Shown piece by piece: positions 42,466-52,589 of a stretch of 64,000 nt of DNA. Where the stretch lies: the NCBI GenBank assembly GCA_964016885.1, contig CAXHJY010000184.1, forward strand, positions 372,001 to 436,000, written 5' to 3'. The first letter of the stretch is position 1. Every line of letters begins with the position of its first letter. A program made the translations under genes and the position numbers. The notes below the pieces were generated by a model that saw only the letters and a program-made list of their open reading frames with translations, ran no database searches and had not been told where the DNA came from. This stretch comes from Eledone cirrhosa. Its lineage: Eukaryota.

Positions 42466-42713
42466 AATTTCTTCTTCTGCTGCTCTACATACAGATTTAA
42501 TCAGCGGGTATCATGCGCACATTCCACTTTACCGTGACCTACACTGGGCTGGTTTAGGGTGACAGTAAGTCCTTGAAAGGACACCACCTTCTAAGTGAAG
42601 GGTAAAAACCCTTCACCCACATTCCAATTTGAAATAGTTCGCTGCCGAAATCTCTAAAATCAAAAAAACTCTATTTGATAAAATCGTTTGAAGCCGGAAG
42701 AACAAAACAATGA

Positions 42714-43090
42714 CAGTATCGGTAGAGGGTCGGACGCCATGCTTTGACGCATAGAGTTACGTCCTTTTACGGTCTGAGTTCAAATCCCGCCGAGGTTAAC
42801 TTTGCCTTTCATCTTTACGGGGTCGATAAAATAAAGTACCAGTAATACACTGGGTAATTGCTGGCCTTGTGCCTAAACTAGAAACAATTATTATTATTTG
42901 GCAGTATCGGTAGAGGGTCGGACGCCATGCTTTGACGCATAGAGTTACGTCCTTTTACGGTCTGAGTTCAAATCCCGCCGAGGTTAACTTTGCCTTTCAT
43001 CTTTACGGGGTCGATAAAATAAAGTACCAGTAATACACTGAGTAATTGCTGGCCTTGTGCCAAAAATAGAAACAATTATTATTATTATTA
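42714..43090 (+). mobile_element. Head-to-tail tandem duplication (188-bp period) of a tRNA-derived SINE
   Basis: CAGTATCGGTAGAGGGTCGG starts at 42714 and 42902. Both copies have the B-box GAGTTCAAATCC, the central TTTGCCTTTCATC..GGGGTCGATAAAATAAAGTACCAG (Nin/Deu-domain-like) and an (ATT)n tail. Confidence 0.9.
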
Positions 43091-43324
43091 TTGTTCATAT
43101 AAGTTAATATATTATTATTTTGATGATGCAAAATTAACAACTGGTTTTATTCTTAATTCAATTAACAACCGCTGTTATTTGCCAAGTTATTGAAGTAGAC
43201 GGCAATTGTGCTCCAGAATGACCATGATCATTTAAACATGTTTTCATTGTAGTTTGGTGTTGTATTGTAGAATATATTTAGAATAAAAACTGTCGTTAAT
43301 TTTGCCATAACCTAATATTAATGT

Positions 43325-43440
43325 AAGTTCAAATCCCGTCGAGGTTAACTTTGCCTTTTATCCTTATGGGGGTCGATAAAATAAAGTACCAGTAATGTAC
43401 TGAGAAATTGCTGGCTTTGTGCCAAAAGTAGAAATAATTA
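43325..43440 (+). mobile_element. 5'-truncated SINE copy
   Basis: AGTTCAAATCCCGTCGAGGTTAACTTTGCC...GTGCCAAAAGTAGAAATAATTA. Confidence 0.85.
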
Positions 43441-43749
43441 ATGTAAGTTGAAAACCTAAGAATTAGTATTAAAGGGCACTACAACGCTATTAGCTGTCAG
43501 TCGAAGCAGCCGATGAAAGCAAAACATCGTTTATTTCCGTATTACTACCACGCGTAAGTGGAGTTACTTAACTGAAAAAAAATTTTTTTTTCACGCGTTT
43601 TTATTAATTTTTTTATTAAAGCATATAGATGTAAGTGGAGTTACTTAAATGAAAATATAGGTGGCCCTTAAAAGGGCCAAATTAGAATATACCGCTACGT
43701 TTTAACAGTTTTACTAGTTACACATACACACACACATATATATATATAT

Positions 43750-43835
43750 ACACACGGTGTCCCCTCAAAAATATATACACACTTTGATTACTTTGCTGTT
43801 GAAGTGTGTATACATTTTTTGGGACACTGTTTGTA
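43750..43835. mobile_element. ~85-bp hairpin mini-MITE (mariner-like ends) inserted in (TA)n
   Basis: CACGGTGTCCCCTCAAAAATATATACACACTT is an imperfect inverse of AAGTGTGTATACATTTTTTGGGACACTG. Flanked by TA repeats. Confidence 0.6.
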
Positions 43836-44351
43836 TATATATATATATATATATATATATTGGGGGAAGGGAGAAATTTTTGGATGCTATACCTGACATA
43901 ATAAAATCCAAAATACACCCCTAACATTTGTCGGAATATCAATCACGAGAGTAGATAAATAAATATATAAATACATAAATAAGAAATGATAGAAAAGGAA
44001 AAGAAAATCCCTACATTATGTAATATTCCCAGTCACCCCTAAATTTTCCCTAAATTTCAAAACCGGGAGGGGAAAGTCCGAGGGTTAAAATCCCAAATGA
44101 TGGTACCTCAAATACTAGTGTATCCCTTTGCATTACAGTTTAAAGCAATACATATGATCGCTTTGATGACTCTTATTCGTTTCTAAGGGTTTCGTTTTTT
44201 TCTCGTCTTTCTATCATATATATATATATAAAAAACCAAAATACATATATATATATATATATGTGTCAAAATCTTTCCCTCTATCTATCTCTTTCCCTCT
44301 CTGTCTATCTTTTGCCATAAAAACGATAATGATAATCAATTCAATTAAGAA

Positions 44352-44417
<66 letters not shown>

Positions 44418-44445
44418 TATTAGTATTATTATTAAAATTAAATAC

Positions 44446-44780
44446 CATTTATTCTGCGGCAGAGAGTTTCATCTTCTCCATCATTCGCTCCTCCAGAATC
44501 GTAGTACTAGTCGTTATTGTATGTGTGTGTTTCTGCGCATATATATATATATATGTGGTGTGTATGTGTTTGTGTGTATATGTATATATGTTTGCGATCG
44601 CCACTCTCGCCCTTCGTGAGGAGAATGGTGTGTACGTATGTATATATATATATGTGTGTGTATGTGTGTGCTTGGAATATTTACCAATGGTTGATATATC
44701 GATGAACCTCTGATAGGCTTATACAGAATCAATGGATCTCGTATCGGTTCCTTTCGTTCGATCACCAAGAACTACCCACA
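44446..44780 (-). promoter_or_regulatory. Candidate XPR1 promoter / first non-coding exon
   Basis: Locally CpG-enriched unique sequence, minus-strand donor (AAATG|gtattt) at 44445, CCAAT at ~44685 and DRE-like TATCGAT at ~44697. Inference only. Confidence 0.35.
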
Positions 44781-44879
44781 CATTTGAATTTATAATGTAA
44801 ATGGTTAAATGTTTCACAAACACTTGTACTCCCTTACTTTAACATACCCCTCCCCCATATACACATACTATGTGGGCAC

Positions 44880-45070
44880 TCAGTTTGCTAGAAATAACAG
44901 CCAATTCTTTCCACCTACCTTAAAAAAAAATATTAAGAAAGAACACGATGTCCGATAATGTACGTATTAGATACACCTAAAACGACGGGATGGTCGTGGC
45001 TGGAATACCGTTGATCATAATGGAATTCTGTGGTTTAGTCAAGGTTGACCTAGGGCTAAACAACAATAAC
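44880..45070 (+). mobile_element. 3' part of a further SINE family with (CAA)n tail
   Basis: Ends GGTTGACCTAGGGCTAAACAACAATAAC; internal GCTAGAAATAACAGCC and GGGATGGTCGTGGCTGGAAT motifs. Recognised from memory, single copy in window. Confidence 0.5.
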
Positions 45071-45307
45071 GTAATCCCCAAGCAGAAAAGTCAACAAAAC
45101 TCTCTTGCAACATTGTAGAGTGAATGTAAAATTTTATAAGCTTCAGCTTTGAGAAACTACTCTCACCATTTTCCATCGATACTGGAAGTGTGAAAAGGAT
45201 GCTTAATGCAATAGCATCATTTGAGTGATATAAAAAATTTTCCCGATTTTAGAATTATTCCAATTTATCATTTTTCCGAACTTACAATGAAAAAATACGT
45301 ATATACG

Positions 45308-45514
45308 GGAAAAATAGCGCCAAACTTTTCCTTTTGAAAGAATAATGTGATTTGTCACGTGATAGTACTTCTCAATATGTGTATACGTATATACGTATAC
45401 ACATATTTAGAGGTAATGTGTATACGTATATACGTATACACATATTTAGAGGTATTATCACGTGACAAATCACATTATTCTTTCAAAAGGAAACGTTTGG
45501 CGCCATTTTTCTCC
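45308..45514. repeat. ~207-bp near-perfect palindrome with a duplicated palindromic centre
   Basis: AAAAATAGCGCCAAAC..GTGATTTGTCACGTGATA is mirrored by TATCACGTGACAAATCAC..GTTTGGCGCCATTTTT. The centre ATGTGTATACGTATATACGTATACACAT occurs twice. Confidence 0.92.
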
Positions 45515-45633
45515 AGAGAATAGCGGGAATTTCAATAAACGCAGGAGAAATGAAGAAACAGTAAATCAAAAGATAAGAAAACAGTAAGTAATATCAAATA
45601 ATTATTAAAAACGTTACACGAATAATTAAGTTT

Positions 45634-45719
<86 letters not shown>

Positions 45720-46304
45720 TTTATCTGATGAAAGCGGTGGCCCATGATAAATATAGTTTCCATTTATTAATATATTATATATATATATGTATGTATGTAT
45801 GTATGTAAAAAAAAAATTATCACCAATTAAATGTATTAAACTTCTGTAATACATTTGAAAATTTACATTGAGCCTTTTCTCCTTCCGGCTAGTACTTAGT
45901 ACTACCATCCATATTTATAATCATATATAAGTATAAATATTATTATTATTCAGTAATGCACTGGGTAATTGCTGGCCTTGTGCCTAAAGTAGAAACAATT
46001 ATTATTACTATGTGTATATGTATATATATAATATAAGATCAAAAGGTGGTTAAAAGAGTTCCATGTATTTTATTATGCGCATTTCAAAAACAAATATCAT
46101 CATGCGATGACATTTGCGTTTTCGTCAGATAAAATAGGGAGACATGATATGAAGGTTAAAAAACACTTGTGAATAGTGCAGTTTTAAATCAACATATGAA
46201 AAGTAATTTAAGATTGATATGTGATATTGGGGCAAAAATGAGGGGGGTGGGGTGGAAAGGATGAAAAAGAGGAGATGAGAGTAAAGAATGGTGGGGGAGG
46301 AGTA

Positions 46305-47688
46305 CAGTGGCGGATTTAAGGAATAGGGCCCAGTCGGCATTGGTCAGTAAGGAGGTCCCAGAGTGAAAATTAAAGTACCTTCTTTTCGAGCGAGTATTGA
46401 AAAAGTTTTTTTTTTAATTTCCCATTTAGCTACCAATAATCATTAAGAAGACAATTAAATTACAAGTACACTTTATTTGAAACAAACAAACAGATGTGCT
46501 GTACTGTAAACAAATAATAAAGTAATAAAGTTGTATATATGTTAGTCTTTTACACAAATTGCTTTTACATGCGCAGAATTCTGCGAGCTTTAACAGTTGA
46601 AAAATGAGTTATAGCGTGGTCCAAGTTTACTGATTTAGTAATTTTGTTTTCAATTGCCAGCAGGGCAAAACTGGATAGCCTCTCCTGGCCCATCGTTGAA
46701 CGAAGATAATTTTTTATTCTTCGTAGAACACTGAAAGAGCGTTCCGCACTTGCTATGCCAATTGGTAAAGTGAGAAATAGCCTTACCAGAATTTCAAACT
46801 CGGGAAAGACATCACACAAGTCATTGTTCAGTAAAAATTTCAGATATGGCATAACCCTACTTTGTTTTAAAGCTGCGTTTGGCTGTGAAAAGTAGAGGCC
46901 AATGAAAGAAAAGAGTTCATTTCTGAGTTCCAGTGTGAATTCATTTGGAAAGTTATCTACCAATGTTGCTACATGTGTTTTTAGTTCATCATCTGAGCAT
47001 TTAGCCAGTCGATTTGGACTCAAAAATCCAAAGATTGAAGATATTTTTTTTATTCCTTCAGTTCGGGCTCTCATCTCCCCAATCATACTATCCAGTGATT
47101 GAAAATAAATTGCAGTGCGATATCTATCTGAAGCAGTAGCTAGTCTTTCAACACCACAAACTTCACCATCCATAATCTTTCTTCTCCTTACTCGCGTTAT
47201 TTTAAAATCAGCTTCAGATGCATCAAATCCCACGTCATTCCAGGCTTTCTTTGTCTGGTCCACAAATTGTTCAAATTTGTGATCGCATCTGAGTTCTTCC
47301 AATTTATCTGTTGAACGTTCAAAGCACTGTCACAAGGAATAAATCAAAAAGAAACTAAAAAAAAACCCAAGAAACTAACAAAAATATCAACAAAAAAACA
47401 AAACAATGAAACTAACAAAAACGTTTCAAATAAATAAATAAATCTATATTTCTTTTAACGGCTAAAAAAAAGGGAATGTAAATTTGTTGGAATAGCCTCA
47501 TTTCAGCAGCCAGCAGCGAAGTTATTTAGCCTCATATCAGCAGCGAACAGCGAAGTTATTTAGCCCTAGGCATGGAGGAGGTATTTTTGGATATCGCCCA
47601 AATTACAATTTTTTTTTTTTGCAAGCGCCCAGTCGGCAGGGGCCCAGTCGGCATTTGCCACCTTCGCCACCTGTTAAATCCGCCACTT
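46305..47688 (-). mobile_element. Internally deleted hAT DNA transposon, 1384 bp
   Basis: TIRs CAGTGGCGGATTTAA / TTAAATCCGCCACTT; 8-bp TSD GAGGAGTA (46297-46304, 47689-47696); subterminal GCCCAGTCGGCA repeats; transposase fragment inside. Confidence 0.96.
46565..47326 (-). pseudogene. C-terminal hAT transposase fragment (ZMYM1-like, hATC dimerisation domain)
   Basis: FPEFEILVRLFLTLPIGIASAERSFSVLRRIKNYLRSTMGQERLSSFALLAIE is the hAT dimerisation motif. The N-terminal and most catalytic regions are missing. Confidence 0.92.
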
Positions 47689-48586
47689 GAGGAGTATAAT
47701 AAGGAAGGATGAGATAGGAGAGATGGGTGATAGAGAGAGAGAGATAGCTTTTATAACTGAGAAAAATATATTGTTTTACAGAGAGAGGTTAAAAAGCCGT
47801 TGGAAGATAATATATAAATTAAAAGAATTTAAAAATTAATGAAAAGAAAAAATTAAGGTTTGTATATTGAAGGGTTTAATAATATGTGCGATGAAAAGAA
47901 ATTGTTAATATATATTAAGAATAATGTTAAATTAAGGTTTAACACATTATTAAACCCTTCAATATACAAACTTTAATTTAACATTATTCTTAATATATAT
48001 TAACAATTTCTTTTCATCGCACATATTATTAAACTCTTCAATATACAAACCTTAATTTAACATTATTCTTAATTTTTTTCTTTTCATTAATTTTCAAATT
48101 CTTTTCATTTATATATTATCTTCCAACGGCTTTTTAACCTCTCTCTCTGTAAAACAATATATTTTTCTCAGTTATAAAGGCTATCTCTCTCTTTCTATCA
48201 CCCATCTCTCTTCCTATCTCATCCTTCCTTATTATACTCCTCCCCCTCCATTCTTTACTCTCATCTCCTCCTCTTTTTCACCCCCCCCCCCTCATTTTTT
48301 TCCCAATATCACATATCAATCTTGAATTACTTTTCATAAGTTGATTTAAAACTGCACTATTCACAAGTGTTTTTTAACCTTCATATCATGTCTCCCTATT
48401 TTATCTGACGAAAACGCAAATGTCATCGCATGATGATATTTGTTTTTGAAATGCGCATAATAAAATACATGGAACTCTTTTAACCATCTTTTGATCTTAT
48501 TATTTATACTCCAGTCCCACAAACTGTAGAGTGGTACTTATCCGATATCTGCATTGCTCTTTATTGTACTACAATAAAACTCACCT

Positions 48587-48653
<67 letters not shown>

Positions 48654-48684
48654 TATTTTATTATACTTATTTCGAAGACATATG

Positions 48685-48817
48685 TCATTTGTATAATATC
48701 TGCCCTACGTGTTTTCTTCCGACAAAAATCCATGCAAGATGTAAATATCCGTTGATATGAGATATTCGTTGATATCCATTGATATGAGAACACGTAGGGC
48801 AGATGTTATACAAATGA
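48685..48817. repeat. 133-bp element with 29-bp inverted arms
   Basis: TCATTTGTATAATATCTGCCCTACGTGTT / AACACGTAGGGCAGATGTTATACAAATGA (1 mismatch). The spacer has three TTGATAT repeats. Confidence 0.85.
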
Positions 48818-48859
48818 AATGGGCAAATGATACCGTCTTTCTTGTTTATTATTATAACC

Positions 48860-48966
48860 CACCGAGGTTAACTTTGCCTTTCATCCTTATGGGGTCGATA
48901 AAATAAAGTAGCAGTAATACACTGGGTAATTGCTGGCCTTGTGCCAAAGTAGAAACAATTATTATA
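48860..48966 (+). mobile_element. 5'-truncated SINE copy
   Basis: CCGAGGTTAACTTTGCCTTTCATCCTTATGGGGTCGATAAAATAAAG...AGAAACAATTATTAT. Confidence 0.85.
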
Positions 48967-49314
48967 ATAAAACTCCGGATAAACATAAACTGTTGATATT
49001 AAACTTATGAAAGAGTCGGCAAATTTTCAATCAACCAACTTTCCTTAGTTGAATAAATATATGTATGTATATATAGACGTATTTTTTCTTTAATATTGCA
49101 ACATTAAAGGAATATATCCTTCTGAAAGAATCGCGAGCAATTTATAATGTTATTTAAGCATTGGTAATTATTTATGTATATATTTAAAACATATTTGCTG
49201 TTATTCTACTGTAAATATATTATATATACGCAAATAATGAATCTGTATATTAAAACATCGTTGTATTATTCAATCAGTTTATTGAACAACTAGAATGCTC
49301 ATCGTCAAGTACTT

Positions 49315-49488
49315 TATACATATATATATATATGTGTGTGTGTGTGTATGTATGTATGAATCTATATATATGTGTGTGTATGTATATATGTGTGTATGTA
49401 TATGTGTGTATGTATATGTGTGTGTATGTATATATGTGTGTATGCATATGTGTGTGTATGCATATGTGTGTATGTATATATATGTGTG

Positions 49489-49519
<31 letters not shown>

Positions 49520-49705
49520 GAAGATAAATTAACGGAGCCATAGAGTCGCGTTATTCCCTGTAAATTATGTGCTCAAAGGGAAAGGAATCCTATACATATT
49601 GTATATGTATATATATATATGCATGTATATATGTATTTGTATATATGTATATGTGTGTATGTATGTATGTATGTATATATATATGCATGTGTATATATAT
49701 ATATA
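49315..49705. repeat. (TA)/(TG)/(TATG) compound microsatellites
   Basis: Direct reading. Similar (TA)n tracts at 44358-44408, 45635-45716 and 48589-48647. Confidence 0.95.
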
Positions 49706-49772
49706 GATGTAATCTGAATTTTATAGATGTAATCTGAATAGTATGTTAGAATATTAAGTGTTAAGTGTTAAT

Positions 49773-49811
49773 TGAACAAGTACTTTCATGCTTTCGCAAT
49801 CTTCAAGTTCA
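49773..49811 (-). ncRNA. Second hammerhead motif copy (core C3>U)
   Basis: Reverse complement reads UGAAC-UUGAAGA-UUGCGAAAGCAU-GAAA-GUAC-UU-GUUCA, with palindromic stem III AAGUACUU. Confidence 0.6.
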
Positions 49812-50098
49812 TATTCTGTGGTGACAGTCAAGTTTGCAATTTTCAACTGTAATGAGATGGGTAAATTTTGTGCCTTATATACAGAGAAAAGCGGCTACAG
49901 AATGCTATATTTTGCAAACTGTATTTCGACCAATTGGTGTGTAGTTTCACTGGATTACTGAAGCTGATTGGTTTAGGCGTCATGGTTGGTTGAGCATGTC
50001 TAACGACTTCTATTTGGCTCTATCCAAAGCATCAATTGTTTTGCTATTTTTAGAAATGATGTAAATAGCATTTTCTAGGGTTTTTATACCCCTAAGAA

Positions 50099-50389
50099 TT
50101 ATAATTGTTCATTTAGCTTGGGTTGGAATTTATCAATAAAATTCTTTTCTTTGATTTTTCTCTTGATTTCACTTGGCCTGTGTAATTTGTAGAATGGAAA
50201 TATAAATATTTTCTGACCACATGTTGCTAGATGGTTACTCAGGGGTATCTGACGGACATTTGGGTCTCTGATTTGCTGTCGGTGCACCCGTGCACGTTCC
50301 GATAGTGCATTTCCAGTTTGACCGACATATAGTTCTTCACAATTCGGGCATTTAATGCAGTAAATTAGATTTCTGCTTTTGTAGTTCAT
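50099..50389 (-). pseudogene. Penelope-type GIY-YIG endonuclease domain fragment
   Basis: NLIYCIKCPNCEELYVGQTG...ERARVH...LSNH...KEKNFI..FQPKLN: GIY-YIG motifs with the CxxC..H..H pattern and terminal PxLN typical of PLE endonucleases. RT absent. Confidence 0.9.
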
Positions 50390-50695
50390 ATTTGCATTTG
50401 GGAATATTTTTCAAAATTCCAACCCAAACTAAATGAACAATAATAATTCTTAGGGGTATAAAACCCTAGAAAATGCTATTTTCATCATTTCTAAAAATAG
50501 CAAAACAATTGATGCTTTGAATAGATGCCAAATAGAAGTTGTTAGACATGCCCAACCAACCGTGATGCCTAAACCAATCAGCTTCAGTAATCCAGTGAAA
50601 CTACACATGTAGCCGCTTTTCACTGTATATAAGGCACAAAATTTACCCATCTCATTACAGTTGAAAATTGTAAACTTGACTGTCACCACAGAATA

Positions 50696-50734
50696 TGAAC
50701 CTGAAGATTGCGAAAGCATGAAATTACTTGTTCA
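50696..50734 (+). ncRNA. Minimal type I hammerhead ribozyme motif in pLTR
   Basis: UGAAC-CUGAAGA-U-UGC-GAAA-GCA-U-GAAA-UUAC-UU-GUUCA: stem I UGAAC/GUUCA, core CUGANGA and GAAA, stem II with GAAA tetraloop. Confidence 0.7.
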
Positions 50735-51159
50735 ATTAAAACTTAACACTTAATATTCTACCATACTATTTCATTCTAATACCATTATAATTTTAAAGGA
50801 TTGTAAATAAAACGAGTAAATCAGACAAAGTTGTAAAAGTCTGAGAGATTGGCTACATATGTTTTATATATATATTTTTTTTGTTTAGATGGAAGACAAA
50901 ACAAAGAAGATGAATACAAAGATGAATACAAAGATGAAGATAAAGATGAAGAACCTCACTGCACCGCACTGCACAACACCACACTGCACAACACCACACT
51001 GCACCGCACCACATCACACCACACCCCATAAAAATAATACAACACTACACCACACTACTCCACTCCACATAAAAACACACCACAACACACCACACTACTC
51101 CACTCCACATAAAAACACACCACAACACACCACTCCACACACACCACATAACACCCAAC

Positions 51160-52200
51160 ATTTTTTCCTCATCTTTTTTTCATGTGTTATCAACTAATCC
51201 GAACTCCAAGATGTTTGTTATTGACTCTCTCTTCATGGAAAACTTAGGTGGATGCACTTCTCTCATTTAACCCCAGAGTTTTCTCATGTTATCAACGAAT
51301 ATGACCTCCAAACCAGTTGGAAATGATTAGTTGTTCTAGGGAAAAGGAGGGGTAAAGCAGGTGGAAAAGCCATTGTCGTTTTGTAGATATATACCCTAAT
51401 GATTTTTCTTCGGTCTCCTTTTCAGTGCTATCAACTAATCTGACCTTTTAGTTGCTCTGAATCAATTTTTTTTTTCTGGGATTTGGAAACTAAATTAAAC
51501 ATAAAATTAAATCTAGCCCCAACCCTAAATCTAAACCAAACCAAGCTAAATGTAAACCCTAAACATTACCCCAACCATAAAACTAAACCCTAAACATTAC
51601 CCCAACCCTAAAACTAAACCCTAAACTTTACCCCAAACCTAAAGCTAAACCCTAAACTTTACCCCAAACCTAAAGCTAAACTCTAAACTTTACCCCAAAC
51701 CTAAAGCTAAACCCTAAACTTTACCCCAACCCTAAAACTAAACCCTAAACATTACCCCAACCCTAAACCTAACCCAGGGAAATAAGTTGATTGGAAGCAT
51801 CTAGGAGGTCAGATTAATTAATAGCACAGGAAATAGCATAGGAAATAGCATAGGAAATAGCATAGGAAATAGCATAGGAAATAGCACAGGAAATTAATAG
51901 CACAGGAAATATACCGAAAATGATTAAGTCCCACAACATGTGAGTGGGGTGTAGATCTGTAAAACTCTTCCCCTCTCCCTCTCCTCTTTCTCCAAAGCTA
52001 GTTGTTTTTGACTGGTTTGGAAGTCATATTCACTGATAACGCATGAAAATAGAATCAAAGAGAAAATTCCGAGTAAGCAGGGGTTATCCGGGTGAAGGGG
52101 GAACCACCTCACCCCGCCGTTTTCCTGGGGGGAGAAAGTCGGTTTCAAGCATCTTGGAGATTGGATTAGTTGATAGCACATGAAAAATAGGAGGAAAAAA
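51160..52200. mobile_element. ~1.04-kb non-autonomous element with nested inverted repeats and an internal CCCTAA-rich 31-bp minisatellite
   Basis: TTTTTTCCTC..TTTTCATGTGTTATCAACTAATCC..CTCCAAGATG is inverse to CATCTTGGAG..GGATTAGTTGATAGCACATGAAAA..GAGGAAAAAA. Two further nested IR pairs (~51285/52010, ~51425/51805). Confidence 0.7.
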
Positions 52201-52541
52201 TTTCACATCACATCACACCACATCACATCTCGTCTCGTCTCATTTCACCATGCCATGCCACATTTCATCACATCACATTTCACCACATCACATCACATTT
52301 CACCACGCCACGCCACATCACATCACATGCCATCACACCACATGCTACCACACTACATCCCACCACACTCCACTACACCATATCCCACACCCTACATTGA
52401 ACTACACCACACCACTGTCCACTACACTAAACCACACTCCACTACACTACACCACACCACTGTCCACTACACTAAACCGCACACCACACTACACTACACC
52501 ACACCACACCACTCTCTATTCGACTGTTTTCTATTTCGTAG

Positions 52542-52589
52542 GTATGTCCAGTTACAGTAAGAGAAAGAAAGTTATTTCAAAGGATCTGA
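52542..52589 (+). other. Candidate 48-nt exon (MSSYSKRKKVISKDL) of an unidentified plus-strand gene or pseudogene
   Basis: ttttctatttcgtag| ... |gtaagt consensus splice sites; phase 1 at both ends. No homology recognised. Confidence 0.4.

Larger units (their letters stand above)
46033..48500. mobile_element. ~1.07-kb foldback/palindromic element (axis ~47945) interrupted by a hAT insertion in the left arm
   Basis: 46033-46304 plus 47697-47940 is the reverse complement of ~47970-48500 (e.g. ATAAGATCAAAAGGTGGTTAAAAGAGTTCC vs GGAACTCTTTTAACCATCTTTTGATCTTAT). Confidence 0.93.
49737..50770 (-). mobile_element. 5'-truncated Penelope-like retroelement with inverted pLTR
   Basis: Minus-strand copy 50400-49737 (endonuclease + 3' region). 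Its 3' ~357 bp is repeated inverted at 50414-50770. Confidence 0.9.

Noticed and set aside
42770-42800. tRNA gene (GAGTTCAAATCCC B-box)
   Set aside because: Part of a multi-copy SINE; no cloverleaf can be drawn.
43554-43648. Duplicated 18-mer GTAAGTGGAGTTACTTAA (small hairpin, donor-like)
   Set aside because: Only two copies with no supporting context; too little evidence for a function.
43718-45908. Short Y/I/C/V-rich ORFs (also 48531-49543) and H/T-rich ORFs at 50889-52597
   Set aside because: Translations of TA/TG microsatellites and CACAC pentamer tracts.
51530-51775. Telomeric repeat
   Set aside because: CCCTAA occurs within a 31-bp unit inside an IR element, not as a pure (CCCTAA)n tract.
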